DNA from: Hyaloraphidium curvatum SAG 235-1
Taxonomy: Eukaryota; Fungi; Monoblepharomycota
DNA length: 64,000 nucleotides
Direction of reading: 5' to 3'
NCBI GenBank assembly: GCA_025558095.1
Contig: JAIVFI010000014.1
Coordinates: 434,001-498,000, forward strand
Part shown: positions 23,047-34,177 of the stretch, in pieces
Layout: each line of letters opens with the position of its first letter
How positions within the stretch are numbered: the first letter of the stretch is position 1
Made by a program: the position numbers and the translations under genes
Notes under the pieces: model-generated
Seen by the model: only the letters and a program-made list of their open reading frames with translations
Database searches by the model: none
Told to the model about the DNA's origin: nothing

Positions 23047-24231
23047 ATGGAGTCGGCAGAGGCGTCTCCAGCAAAGAAGCCGGCGGCCTTCTCGGTCTTC
23101 AAGCCGAAGACTGCGCCGCCGACGGAAGCTGCGGCACCGTTGGACCTCTTTGCGAACCGGCACGCTCGGCCTGTGGACGACGTGGACGATCAGACCTACG
23201 CGCAGCTCGCTGGCCGCGAGGCCGATGCCCTGAAGCGGACTGTGAACTTGGACGTCAACGCGGCGTCGGCGTCGGCGTCGGTGTCGGCAGCGACGGTGGC
23301 GGCGCCCGAGCCGGAACCGATCCCCGTATGGGACAACGAATACGGTCCCTACGACGATCCCAACCTGCTGCTGGTGGACATTCTGAAGCAGTTGGCGCAC
23401 GACGGGTTCGAGCAGGCCAAATTCGACGCCAACGCGCGCTACCCGGCCATGTCGTACCAGAAGGCGGCGGCCAACATCCACGGGTGGCACGAACGGATCA
23501 CGAGCGGCAAGAAGGCAGTCAAGGACATTGACGGCGTCGGCAAGGGGATCGGCGAAAAGATCGACCGCATCCTCAAGGACAAATCGTACACCAACAAGGA
23601 GGGCAAGACCTACCACCCGCTGGGCAACATCCGGCCGAAACAGGAGGAGGAAATGGAGAAGCAGCGCATCAAAGAGGAAAAGGAAGCGGAGAAGCAGGCC
23701 GCAAAAGAGCAGAAACGGCTGGAGCGGGAGGCCCTCAAGGCCGAGAAGGCAGCTTCGAAACCGGCATCGAAGCGACGGAAGCAGGCCGAGTTTGCCTCCG
23801 ACGACGACACCAAATCGCCGGTGAAGAAGGAAGCCGCCAAGGTGAAGGAGGAAAAGGCCGCGGTCAAGGCGGAACCCGGGATCAAGACCGAACCCGGAGC
23901 CAAAGACGTGCAGGTCAAGCTCGAGCACGTCAAGCAGGAGTCTCCGTCGGTCAAGGTGAAGGACGAGAAGCCTGCAGTCAAGGCGGAACCCAAGGAGACG
24001 AAGTCCACTCCGAAGAAGCGAGCTGCCGCGACGAAGGCTGCCGCCGCGAAACGGAAGCGCCGCGCGGTGGTCTCGAGCGACGAGGATTCCGAGGCCGAGC
24101 CATCGGCGTCCGAGCCGTCGGAATCCGAGGCCGAAAGCTCGTTCGCGGAGTCGGAATCCGACTCGGACGCACCGCGGAAGAAGAAGGGCAAGGGCGCGGA
24201 GAGGAAGTTGAAGGGGAGGGGAAGGAAGTGA
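23047..24231 (+). CDS. Protein with a DNA polymerase beta-type 8-kDa (HhH, dRP-lyase-like) domain and a Lys/Glu-rich disordered tail; no polymerase domain
   Basis: NLLLVDILKQLA...SYQKAAANIHGWHERITSGKKAVKDIDGVGKGIGEKIDRIL matches the Pol-beta N-terminal pattern (AYRKAA...IKSG.EA..LPGVG.KIAEKIDE). Confidence 0.75.
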   Translation: MESAEASPAKKPAAFSVFKPKTAPPTEAAAPLDLFANRHARPVDDVDDQTYAQLAGREADALKRTVNLDVNAASASASVSAATVAAPEPEPIPVWDNEYGPYDDPNLLLVDILKQLAHDGFEQAKFDANARYPAMSYQKAAANIHGWHERITSGKKAVKDIDGVGKGIGEKIDRILKDKSYTNKEGKTYHPLGNIRPKQEEEMEKQRIKEEKEAEKQAAKEQKRLEREALKAEKAASKPASKRRKQAEFASDDDTKSPVKKEAAKVKEEKAAVKAEPGIKTEPGAKDVQVKLEHVKQESPSVKVKDEKPAVKAEPKETKSTPKKRAAATKAAAAKRKRRAVVSSDEDSEAEPSASEPSESEAESSFAESESDSDAPRKKKGKGAERKLKGRGRK

Positions 24232-24364
24232 ACATGTCTGAAGTTTGCTCATCTGATGATCTCTTTCCATCATTGCTTTGTAGTTGTAATCCAATTAGGT
24301 TGACATAGTGAATCGAACGAAAAGTAGGCAAGAGAATGATGTCATCCAATATCGAACCCAGCAA

Positions 24365-26578
24365 TCACTGCTCTGACGGACCGGACGGAGCCTCTGCCGG
24401 CCTCTGCTGCCCCAAGTGGGCGTCACGCTCGCGTTCCAGCTCCGCAACGCGCCGCCGCTGCTTCGCGTACTCCTCCTTGAGCGCCGCCATCTCGTCCAGC
24501 ATGAGATCGTACGTCTGCTCCAGCGAGGAGGCCGCGGTCTCGACGGACGGCGCCCTCCCCACCGACGCCGCGTCGCCTTCACGGTCCCGAGCAAAGGCAG
24601 GCTCCGCGACCGCCTCGACCGCACCGTCCACGCTCCGCGTCAGCACCTCCACCTGCCCCAGCGCCGCCTCCCTCCCCGCCTGCGCCTCGGCCAGCCGCAG
24701 CTGCAGGTCCTTGATCCGATCGCGGGCCTTAGACAGCTCCAACAGCGCTGCCGACCTTCCCAGCTCGGACTCCTGCAGCCGCATTCCGCTGCGCTGGGCC
24801 TCCAGCGCCGCGTGGCGCTCCTGCGTCTCGGCGACCTGGATCAGCCGATCCCGCTGTGACTCGAGCTTTCGCACCGCCGCCTCGGTCGCCGCGAGACGGT
24901 CCTTGGCGTCGGCGGCTTCCCGCTCGAACGCCAGCGCGCGCTCCTGCAGCGCCGAGATGAGGCCCCGGGCGCCGGCCAGCTCGAGCTCCGCCTCCTTCAC
25001 CCGGAGGGCGCCCTCCTCGGCCCGGTCCCGGGCGGCTTTTGCCTCGGCTCTCGCGGATTCCAGCTCCGCGCCGAGCCGCGCGATGTCGGCCGCAACGCTG
25101 GTCCACTCGGCCTGCGCCGAGGCCAGTACGTCGCGGAGAGATGTGAGGTCCGCAGCGGCCGCGTCGGCGCGCGACTGCAGGGTCGCGTTGGATGCATGGG
25201 CGGCGTCCAGGGCAGCGCGGAGCTCCGAGGCTTCAGTCCCGCCCGCAACAAAAGACCCGGCGACCGGCGTCGGGTGTTGCACGTTCTCCAGCTCCGCGAT
25301 CCTGGCCTCGAGCCTCGCCTTCTCCCCAGCGGCGGCCTCCAGCTTCTCGCCGGCCCTTTCCAGCTCGACCCGCAGCTTGGCCTCCCTCGCGGCCCGTTCC
25401 GCAATCTGCGTCCGGTGCAGCTCGCGGGCTTCCTCCATCGCACGGCGCAGCGACGCCGCCTCCCTGTCCGCCGACATGCGGAGCTCGCCCTTTTCCGCGC
25501 GGGACTCGGCTGACGCCGAGCGCAGGTGCTCGCACTCGGCCAGCGAGGCTGCGAGGCGGGATTCCAGGTCGCCGATCCGAGCTTCCAGCTCCGCGATCCG
25601 CAGCGAGGCCTCGTCCGCGGCGGCCCGCATCTCGGCCGCCGCTCGGGCGCCGGCGTCGGCCTCTTCCCTCGCCCTGGCGGCTTCCTCCCCCGCGCGGGCG
25701 AGGGCTTCGCGCGTCCGCTGGAGGTTGGCGCTCAACAGCTCGGCGCGGAGCTTGTCCTCCATGCCTGCACGGCGCGCGGCGTCAAGCTCCTCGTCCTTCT
25801 TTGCGAGGCGGGCTTCGGTGTCCGCCAGGGCGGTCTCGGTTTCGGCGCGGAGGCCGGCCTCGACGGCCAAATCGGCGCCGAGATCCCTGCACCGCCCGTC
25901 GAGCTCCGCGAGCCTCGCTTCCAGGTCCGTCTTGCCGGCCTCCAGCTCCGCGACGGCCAGCTCCAGGTTTGTCCGCTCGCCCTCGGCCGCGACGGCCCTG
26001 GCCTCGGCCTCGGCGGCCCGCTCCCGCGCCTTGCGCCAGCCGTCGACGGCCCTTTCGTGGCGCTGCACGGCGTCTGCCAGCTTGGCGCCCATCTGGTCAG
26101 CCTCGGCGAGCAGCTTGGTCCGCGACCGCAGCACGGAAAGTTCGCCCGACAGCCGGTTGACCACCGGGCCGGCGGCGTGCGGCAGGTTGTCGAATAGAGT
26201 CGCGAGCACCCGCGGGTTCAGCGAGGCAAACAGGCCCGAGTCGGCCAAGAGTGCCGTGAGGCGGGTCGCGACGCCCAGCGTCGCCTCGAGCCGCGCGTCG
26301 ACGGCGTCCTTGTCGCGCTGCAGCTCGGCATTCCGCCCGCGCAGCGCGTCCGCCTCGTCGCGCAGCTTGCCGTGCGCATTCGCGAGGCGCCGCAACCGTG
26401 CGGAGAGGTCCGCCTCGGCGGGCGTCGCAGAGGGGGACGGGGGAGTCGGCGGCGTCGGCGGCACCCGCGACGGCGATCCCGGGCGGGTCGGCGGCCGCGA
26501 AGACGGCGCCGATCGCGGGCCCGGCGGCGGCACGGCTCGGCGGGCCCCGCCCGGGGGCGTGCGCGGCGGGGGATTCAT
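24365..26578 (-). CDS. Long coiled-coil protein with a Pro-rich N-terminus, function unknown
   Basis: 737-aa ORF with an extended heptad-like, E/A/L/R-rich composition. Confidence 0.7.
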   Translation of the reverse strand: MNPPPRTPPGGARRAVPPPGPRSAPSSRPPTRPGSPSRVPPTPPTPPSPSATPAEADLSARLRRLANAHGKLRDEADALRGRNAELQRDKDAVDARLEATLGVATRLTALLADSGLFASLNPRVLATLFDNLPHAAGPVVNRLSGELSVLRSRTKLLAEADQMGAKLADAVQRHERAVDGWRKARERAAEAEARAVAAEGERTNLELAVAELEAGKTDLEARLAELDGRCRDLGADLAVEAGLRAETETALADTEARLAKKDEELDAARRAGMEDKLRAELLSANLQRTREALARAGEEAARAREEADAGARAAAEMRAAADEASLRIAELEARIGDLESRLAASLAECEHLRSASAESRAEKGELRMSADREAASLRRAMEEARELHRTQIAERAAREAKLRVELERAGEKLEAAAGEKARLEARIAELENVQHPTPVAGSFVAGGTEASELRAALDAAHASNATLQSRADAAAADLTSLRDVLASAQAEWTSVAADIARLGAELESARAEAKAARDRAEEGALRVKEAELELAGARGLISALQERALAFEREAADAKDRLAATEAAVRKLESQRDRLIQVAETQERHAALEAQRSGMRLQESELGRSAALLELSKARDRIKDLQLRLAEAQAGREAALGQVEVLTRSVDGAVEAVAEPAFARDREGDAASVGRAPSVETAASSLEQTYDLMLDEMAALKEEYAKQRRRVAELERERDAHLGQQRPAEAPSGPSEQ

Positions 26579-26851
26579 TGTGTTGTGACTGTTTGGACAG
26601 TAGTACAGTCACTGCTGGAACTTGTCCAGGGGACGCCCTGATCCGGGATGTAGATGTGCGTAAGCACCTGGCAGATTGCTTGTTGTACCTTCAGAGTCAG
26701 CAGGGCCGGCGTTGCGAGCTCTCCCGGGCGGGATTGATCGGGTCTTGATGACTTCATACCGCCCATCGCCAACAGTCCCGCCGGTCACGTCACGTTCCGC
26801 GTGCTGCACCAGTCGCGCCTCCTCCATCTCCCTTCCCACGCCGAGGACATA

Positions 26852-27836
26852 ATGGCCATGAAGGGACGCGTTGCGCTCGTGACGGGCGCCACCGAGCCCG
26901 AGGTGCGCCGTTCCCCTCCTTTGCAACGCTTGTTTCCCACGCGCTTCGTTGCAGGGCATCGGCCTCGCCATCGTCGAGCGGCTGCTGAAAGAGGGCACAA
27001 AGGTGATGATTTCCAATCGGAGCTCCGATTTGGGCGAGACGGTTGTCGCGGACCTCAAGGCCAAGCACGCCGGAGCCGAGGTCGCTTTCGCGCGGATGGA
27101 CCTCGAGGACCACGCGTCCATCGTCGCGGCCTACGAGGCGGCCGAGTCGGCCTTCGGACCCGTGGACATCGTGGTCGCCAACGCGGGGTTCATCACGGAG
27201 ACGTCGGCCGCGAACCTTCTTGATGGAAAGTACGATGCCTTTGTGCGCGGGATCCACGGGCACCTCTCGGGGACCATGCTGCTAGGGAACCTCGCGGCAT
27301 CGCGGTGGCTGAAGGACGACCGCGCGGGGGTGTTCATCGTGACCTCCTCCGTCGGAGGGATGCACGGATACTTTGACGTTTCGTTCGCACACACCGACAC
27401 CACCTGTGGGTTTCGGATTGCCGCGAATCCGCGTTCCCGTTGAAACCGACGCCCCCCAGACCCGGTCGTCAAGGCCGGCCAGATCCAGTACGTCGCGCAG
27501 ATGCAGCGCCTCGTGGACGGCATCGCCAAGGACAAGGGCGCGGCCCCCTCAAAGATCCGCTTCGCCTGCATCGCCCCGGGCCCCGTGTTCACGCGCATGT
27601 GGCAGGGCGTGGCAAAGACCCCCGAGGAGGTGATCAAGTTTCTCGGGCCGGACATGCTGGACCAGTTCGGGGGTGGGTTCACCCCCATGGAGGATTTGGT
27701 GGACGCGTACGTGCGGTGCATCGAGGACGACGGGGTGAGGGGCAAGACGTTTTCCGTGTCGGGGCCGGGCGGGGAGGCAAAGGAGTTCCCGAAAGGGTTC
27801 GACCTGGCCGAATACGTTTCTCGCGCGAAGCCCTGA
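26852..27836 (+). CDS. Short-chain dehydrogenase/reductase (15-PGDH-like)
   Basis: RVALVTGATEPE/GIGLAIVERL, FGPVDIVVANAG, IVTSSVGG, IAPGPVFT. Two introns. Confidence 0.85.
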
Positions 27837-27948
27837 TGGGGCTACGGGAGCGGACGGGACTTTGCGATCGCCATCAAGAGCGACCCGATGGGGCTGTCTA
27901 GCAGTTCATCGGTCGATGTATGGAAACCATGCACCCGTCATCGCCATC

Positions 27949-29118
27949 TCACCCGACGCTCCACCCGCCGCACGCCACGCGCTGTCCCGGCGCCCGCACC
28001 GAGTGCTTGACCACCGGCGCCGCCATTCCCTCGGCGTAGTACCCGACCACCATGCTGGGCGTGGAATGGCACCACCACAGCTCCGCCGGCCGCCCGTCCG
28101 CGGGTACCCTGGCGAGCACAAGACCCGCCTCGCGGTCCCCTTCTGGCACCGACGCCTGGATGAAGGGCGAGCGGAGGAACGCCTCCCCGAACGCGCGCGG
28201 GATGCTCTCCCACGGCCCCTCCTCGTCCTCCCCCGCAGAACCGGCCCGCAGCATCGCCGCCGCCATCTCCCTCGCCAGCGACGTCCGCACGATCTGCTCC
28301 CCCCTCCCGCTGGTCGACGCCGCCGCGCCGTCCCGCCCGCCGCCGGGGTCCGAGGCCCACGCGCCGCAGCCGAACAGGGCGGCGTGGCCAACGCGGCCGG
28401 GGACCTTGAGCGCGGGGCCGCCGGAGGAGGAGGCGGCGCAGAGGCGGCCCGAGACGTGGGAGATGGCGCCGACCGTGTCCGAGGGCCGGCCGTCGTCGTC
28501 CGCTCCGTTGTCGGGCGCATCCTCAGCCCTTCCACGATTCGGTTCCCCGTTTCCGGTCCCGTTCGCATGTCCCTGGGCCGCCAGCAGTCCCAAATAGCTC
28601 CGCATGCTCCTCTTCCACGACCTCTCCGCCTTCTCCGTGGCCAAACCTCCCGGGTCGGGCTCCTCCTCCCCGCCCTCGTCCCTCGCCCTCTTCCTCGAAC
28701 ACACGCCGACCCCTGCATTCTTCGCCATCTCCCACGCGCCCCGCCCGCACACGACCAGCGGCGCGGCCCGCACGCCGTCGGGCATGGTGCCGCCCTCCCC
28801 GGCCCGCAGCAGCGCGGCGGCGGCGCGCACGGGGTTGGCGATGCCCTCGGCGGCCGCGACCCCTCCGAACTCCCCGCTGCCTGCCATCACCGAGGCGTCG
28901 CACTCTGCCGTGCCGCGCATGCTGAGATTGCTCCCGCGGCCGGCGTTCGTTGCCTCGTCGTCCTCCATGCTGCACACCGCGCGGAGACACGCCTCGAGCG
29001 CGTCGGGGGCCGGCAGCGCGGCGAGGCAAGCGGCGCGGAGGGCCGTGAGGTGCGATGCGAGCGTCGACGGCGGGTGCGTGCCGGCGCCGGCGTGGACGAG
29101 GATGAAGTTCGGCGCCAT
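27949..29118 (-). CDS. Threonine aspartase (taspase-1-like, type 2 asparaginase Ntn-hydrolase)
   Basis: ILVHAGAG, TNAGRGSNL, ECDASVM, autocleavage site D|TVGAI, SSGG.ALKVPGRVGHAA.FGCG, TSGRGE. Confidence 0.88.
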   Translation of the reverse strand: MAPNFILVHAGAGTHPPSTLASHLTALRAACLAALPAPDALEACLRAVCSMEDDEATNAGRGSNLSMRGTAECDASVMAGSGEFGGVAAAEGIANPVRAAAALLRAGEGGTMPDGVRAAPLVVCGRGAWEMAKNAGVGVCSRKRARDEGGEEEPDPGGLATEKAERSWKRSMRSYLGLLAAQGHANGTGNGEPNRGRAEDAPDNGADDDGRPSDTVGAISHVSGRLCAASSSGGPALKVPGRVGHAALFGCGAWASDPGGGRDGAAASTSGRGEQIVRTSLAREMAAAMLRAGSAGEDEEGPWESIPRAFGEAFLRSPFIQASVPEGDREAGLVLARVPADGRPAELWWCHSTPSMVVGYYAEGMAAPVVKHSVRAPGQRVACGGWSVG

Positions 29119-29559
29119 TCTGGCCCAGGGGGAAGTTTTGTTCAGAAAGAGGGGGTCCGCGGTCCCAGAGTCCGAATACAGTACTGTCGGCAGAGGGACA
29201 CGCTGGGCCGATCAGCTGCATTGCCTGCAGTTTCAGGCAACTTGAAAGATCGAAGAGCAAAATACCCTAGCCGGACGGATGGATGGATGGACTGGATGCG
29301 GGGCCTGCTGCTATCAACGCGCTCTCCTCAAGCCAAAGGTTTCTGACCAGCATCACGGGTGCCCGGCGTCTTCGTTTCTTGTACTTGATAGACAGCTTGG
29401 ATTCACCGCAGAAGGAGCTCTGTATGGGATGCCAGGCTGTCCATCGAGCAGTTCGGCGTCCAGGGGGGCGGCGGCAGGCAAGCGTCGGTCAAAACAAAGC
29501 GAGAAACTACTTGCGGTCCATCGCTGCCCACCGGCAGCCAGCGCCGCATCAGTCTCACA

Positions 29560-30898
29560 ATGTGTAAGCTTTGGCCGGGCAGCAGCTCGCGCGATGGCGG
29601 GACCAACCCGTTTCTCGGCAGTCCGGGGCGGCGGGCGAGGCGGCGGCGACCGCGGGGGCCGCGGCGGCGGGCGCGGGTTCGGCCGCGGGTCGCCCGGCGG
29701 CGGCGGACGCGGCGGGCGCGGCGGGTCGCCCGGCGGGCGCGGAGGATTCGGCGCGCGCGGCGGCGGCGTGGGCGGCAGAGGTGGGTCTGCGGGCGAGGAC
29801 TATGGTGCACGCCTGACGTCTTCGCGCCAACGCTGCACGCAATCGCTTGCTTTTGCACAGGAGGCGGGCGCGGCAGGGGCGGTGGGCGCGGCGCCCCCCG
29901 CGGGCGGGGCAGGGGCGGCGGCAGGGGCGGCGGCGCAAAGGTGGTCATCGAGCCGCACCGGCACGAGGGCGTGTTCGTCGCGCGCGGCAAAGAGGACCTG
30001 CTCGTCACCAAGAACATCGTGCCCGGGGAGAGCGTCTACGGCGAGAAGCGGATCAGCGTCGAGGTGGGATCCGGCGGGTTGCCCTACACACGCACCGGCT
30101 CACGCCATTACGCTTCAAAGAACGCGGACGCTACCAAGACCGAGTACCGCGTCTGGAACCCGTTCCGCTCGAAGCTCGCCGCGGGCATCCTCGGCGGCCT
30201 CGACAGCATCTGGATCAAGCCCGGCGACAGGGTCCTGTACCTCGGAGCCGCGAGCGGCACGTCCGTCAGCCACGTCGCGGACATCGTCGGCCCCGTGAGC
30301 CTTTCCTGACATGACATTCTTCTTTGAACCCTGACCGGCCGGCGTTTGCAGACCGGCCTCGTCTATGCCGTCGAGTTCTCGCACCGCTCCGGCCGCGACC
30401 TCATCAACGTGGCCAAGAAGCGGACCAACGTCATCCCCATCATCGAGGACGCGCGGCATCCCCAGAAGTACCGCATGCTCGTCGGCATGGTGGACACGGT
30501 GTTTGCGGACGTGGCGCAGCCGGACCAGGCCCGCATCATCGCCATGAACGCGCACATGTTCCTCAAGCAGGGCGGACACATCGTCATCAGCATCAAGGTA
30601 TTTGGCGTGTTACGTTACAATACTGCGATTTGGTTGTCCCTGACGGCGTTGGGCCGTCTCGCCAGGCCAACTGCATCGACTCGACCGTCGACGCCTCGGT
30701 GGTCTTTGCCAAGGAGGTCAAGAAGCTCCAGGAGGAGAAGATCAAGCCCCGGGAGCAGCTGACCCTGGAGCCGTACGAGAGGGACCACGCGATCGTGGTC
30801 GGCGAGGTGCGTCGTCCTCCTTGCTCCGCCGGCCGCTCCGGCTGACGCAGGCATCGCTCCAGTACCGGGCGGCGCCGAAGAAGAAGAAGGAGGATTAA
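29560..30898 (+). CDS. NOP1: Fibrillarin (rRNA 2'-O-methyltransferase)
   Basis: RGG-rich N-terminus, [69 protein letters not shown]. The likely first coding exon is 4 nt (ATGT|GTAAGC). Confidence 0.95.
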
Positions 30899-30989
30899 GG
30901 ATCTGGGTCTTTTCGTATTGTACACATTGATTGAGCGCTGGATCTACCATCGGACTTCGAGACGTCTCCCAACGATCGTCCGATAGTGC

Positions 30990-31928
30990 ATGTTTACTGC
31001 CTCTAACCGGCTCCTCGCGATTCGGACAGCCATGGGCTCCAAGCTCTCCTCCTCTCCTTCCTCGACGTCCGCCCGCGAAGATCGGCTCCTTGCCGAGGTC
31101 GCGCAGCTCTCCTCGGCTTTGACAGCGCGGCCCTCGCCGTCGCTGCTCGTGGAGCGCGGCATGGCCCGGTTCCGCCTCGCGCAGGTCGACGAGTCGATCT
31201 CGGACTTTGACGCCGCGCTGGCGATGGACCCCCGCATCGAACCTAGGCTGTGGCAGAGGGCATTGTCGCTGTACTACGTGGAGAGGTTCGCGGAAGGGGC
31301 GGCGCAGTTCGAAGTGGACCTCCGCGTCAATGCGCACGACGCCGGTGGGGATGCTGGCCCATAACGGCGACGAACGGATATCTTACCATCACCTGGATCG
31401 CTTCCCCCATCACCTGGATCCGTTCACGGGGGCAGAGGAGACGCTGTGGAGGTACCTGTGCCTGGCGAGGGTGCACGGCCCGGAATCGCCGCAAAGCAGG
31501 GCCGTGCTCGAGGACGAGAAGCAGATTTCCAATCAGGACCCCCGGGATTACATGCGGCAGATCTATTCCTGTTACCTGGGGCGATCGACTCCGGAAGACG
31601 TGCGTGCCTTTCCTCGACGTGCGCCGCTCACCCACTGACCGATCCCCAGCTCGTCGCATCTGCATCACCCCCGTCGAGGGCATCCTTCTACATCAGGCTG
31701 TACGCCGGGCTCCTTGCCGAGGTGCGGAACGACGCTGCGGCGGCCAGGAAGCACATCGTCTCGGCGGTGGCGGATCACCGGCTGCAGGACTACATGTGGG
31801 TCCATCGGACCCGCGGGTCACGTTGTTCGGACGATTTTCTGACAGCGCATCGCAGGTGGGACCTGGCATGGGTGCACCGGAAGCTGCGGGGATGGGAATC
31901 ATCGGGCGATGGCTCGCAGTCGCTGTAG
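30990..31928 (+). CDS. TPR / NlpI-like protein
   Basis: RGMARFRLAQVDESISDFDAALAMDP...LWQRALSLYY...QF..DL.VN.HD.EE.LW..LC...DPR..MR...FY..LYAGL...DYMWDLA.VH...RGW. Start may be 30990 or 31032. Confidence 0.75.
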
Positions 31929-32115
31929 CTTCCCTGCCGTCGGTGCACGTCGATACCCTGGTTGAGTGCGGAATGCCCATCCACGGTTGCAGGAGCTGAA
32001 GATGGTGTCGATCACGGCCAGTCCGGGTACCGGAAAAAGGTCGTCGCGAAAAGTCTTTCCGACGGGTTCCGATGACCAAGCCCACGGCTCATCTCAAAAC
32101 TTGGTCCCAGGATTT

Positions 32116-33549
32116 ATGAACAGGCTGTTCCGGCCTGCAGCCAGACTAGCAGCCGCAGGAGCTACCATCTTCGTCGCCGAGCAACCATTTCCTTCGGCCG
32201 GCCCGGCTTCTCTGCGCTTCCACGCCCAGTTCTTTGCCGACGCGTCGGCGAAGCTCCACACCTCCCCTCCTTCCTCCGCCATGGCCCCTGTGCCCCACAC
32301 GAATGGCTCTGCGCCCGAGGGCCAGAGGAAAGTCAAGGTCCTGATTGTCGGTGAGTGGCACGCGCTGCGATTCCGCGTCCCATGGCGTTCCCTGATCTCG
32401 GTTCCTCTCCTCTGTTGCGGCGCAGGCTCCGGACCCGCCGGACACACCGCCGCGATTTACACGGCGCGGGCCATGCTCAAGCCCGTGATGTACGAGGGTT
32501 TTCTTGCGGGAGGAGTCGCCGCTGGAGGCCAGCTGACGACGACGACGGATGTGGGCTCCAATTCGGAACCGCTGGGGACCCGGCTGACGTCCGGCCATCC
32601 GACAGGTTGAAAACTTCCCCGGATTCCCCACCGGAATCAGCGGAACCGAGCTGACGGACGCTTTCCGGAAGCAATCCGAGCACCACGGGACGGAGATCAT
32701 CACCGAGACCATCACCAAGGTGGACCTGACGAAGCGGCCCTTCCTCGCGTGGCCCGAGGGCACGGAGGACCAGGAGATTGCGCCGTTGGCCGCGGACTCG
32801 CTGATCGTCGCCACGGGCGCGACCGCGAAGCGGCTCTTTATTGCCGGGGAGGACAAGTACTGGCAGAGCGGGATCAGCGCGTGCGCCGTGTGCGACGGTG
32901 CTATCCCCATTGTGGGTGTGCTTTGGAGGTGCTTGGAATCTCGCTGACGTCTGCCCTTTTCAGTTCCGGCAGAAACCCCTGGTCGTCGTCGGCGGCGGCG
33001 ACTCGGCCGCCGAGGAGGCACTATTCCTCACGCGTTACGCGAGCAAAGTCTACATGCTCGTCCGACGGGACGTTCTGCGGGCCTCCAAAGTGATGGCCAA
33101 CCGTGTGTCCCACCACCCCAAGGTCGAAATCATGTGGAACACCATCCCGGTAGAGGCAAAGGGGGACAGGCTGCTCAAGGAGCTCGTCGTCCAGGACACC
33201 AAGACGGGGGAGAAGAGGACGATGGAGGTCAATGGGCTCTTTTACGCCATCGGCCACGTGTGGGTAGCCTTCTTTGGTACAGATCAGCGACAATGTACTG
33301 ACTTTTCGATCTCGCAGTCCCAACACCCAGATCTTCAAGGGCTCCCAGCTCGAGATGGATGAAGATGGCTACATCGTGACGAAGCCGGGGACGACCTTGA
33401 CAAACATCGAGGGCCTGTTTGCCTGCGGAGACGTCCAGGACAAGGTGTACCGCCAGGCCGTCACCGCCGCCGGTTCGGGCTGCATGGCCGCGCTCGAGTG
33501 CGAACGCTGGTTGGAGGCCCAGGAGGACGACGAGCCGGCGAAGCTGTAA
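32116..33549 (+). CDS. TRR1: Low-Mr (fungal/bacterial-type) thioredoxin reductase with a possible mitochondrial presequence
   Basis: [39 protein letters not shown] (CAVC), [42 protein letters not shown]. Confidence 0.95.
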
Positions 33550-33664
33550 TGCCGGGCAGTAATGCCATAGAGCGCGTCCGAATCCCTAGAGCGCGTCGCG
33601 TCCCGGTCCCGTTTTGTCCGGCACGCCGATTCCGTCCGCTCGGAAGGATCACTGCAAGCAGTTT

Positions 33665-33883
33665 TCACGAAGGTTTGGCATCTCTCTTGTCCCTCGACGC
33701 GAGCACGCCGGCGCACCCCTCCGATTCGACGACCTGCCCGCCCTCGACCTTGCGTTCGCGCAGACAGCACTCCTCGAGCTTCCGCACCGCATCGGCGCAC
33801 TTGCGCTCCGTGTCCTTGAAGTTGTTGGCTTCCAAGCACGCCTGCACGGCGCAGGCGAACGGCTGGCACGGGTAGCGCTTCAT
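33665..33883 (-). CDS. CMC4: Cys-rich mitochondrial intermembrane-space protein (Cmc4/MTCP1 p8-like)
   Basis: MKRYPCQPFACAVQACLEANNF....KCADAVRKLEECC...C matches the Cmc4 Cys pattern. Confidence 0.7.
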   Translation of the reverse strand: MKRYPCQPFACAVQACLEANNFKDTERKCADAVRKLEECCLRERKVEGGQVVESEGCAGVLASRDKRDAKPS

Positions 33884-34177
33884 GCGCGCGGCGGGCCGTG
33901 TTGTTGACGAGCCAGAAGCGCCGTTGGGCCCCTGCACCCGCGCCGGACGAAAACAGACGCCCTAGACCAAGTGGGTAATCCATCAACCTACAGAGAGCAA
34001 GAATACAGGCTGCTGGAGCATATATGGGTCTGGTGATGCGACATGCACTGACACTTTCAAAGATTCAACGGCTCCACCGTATAAGCATCATTCACTCGCG
34101 AAGTCTAGCCAGTCGAAAGGCTTCAAATGCCACGCACCGACAACGATAGGCACCGATCAGGTATTGGCAATGTAATT

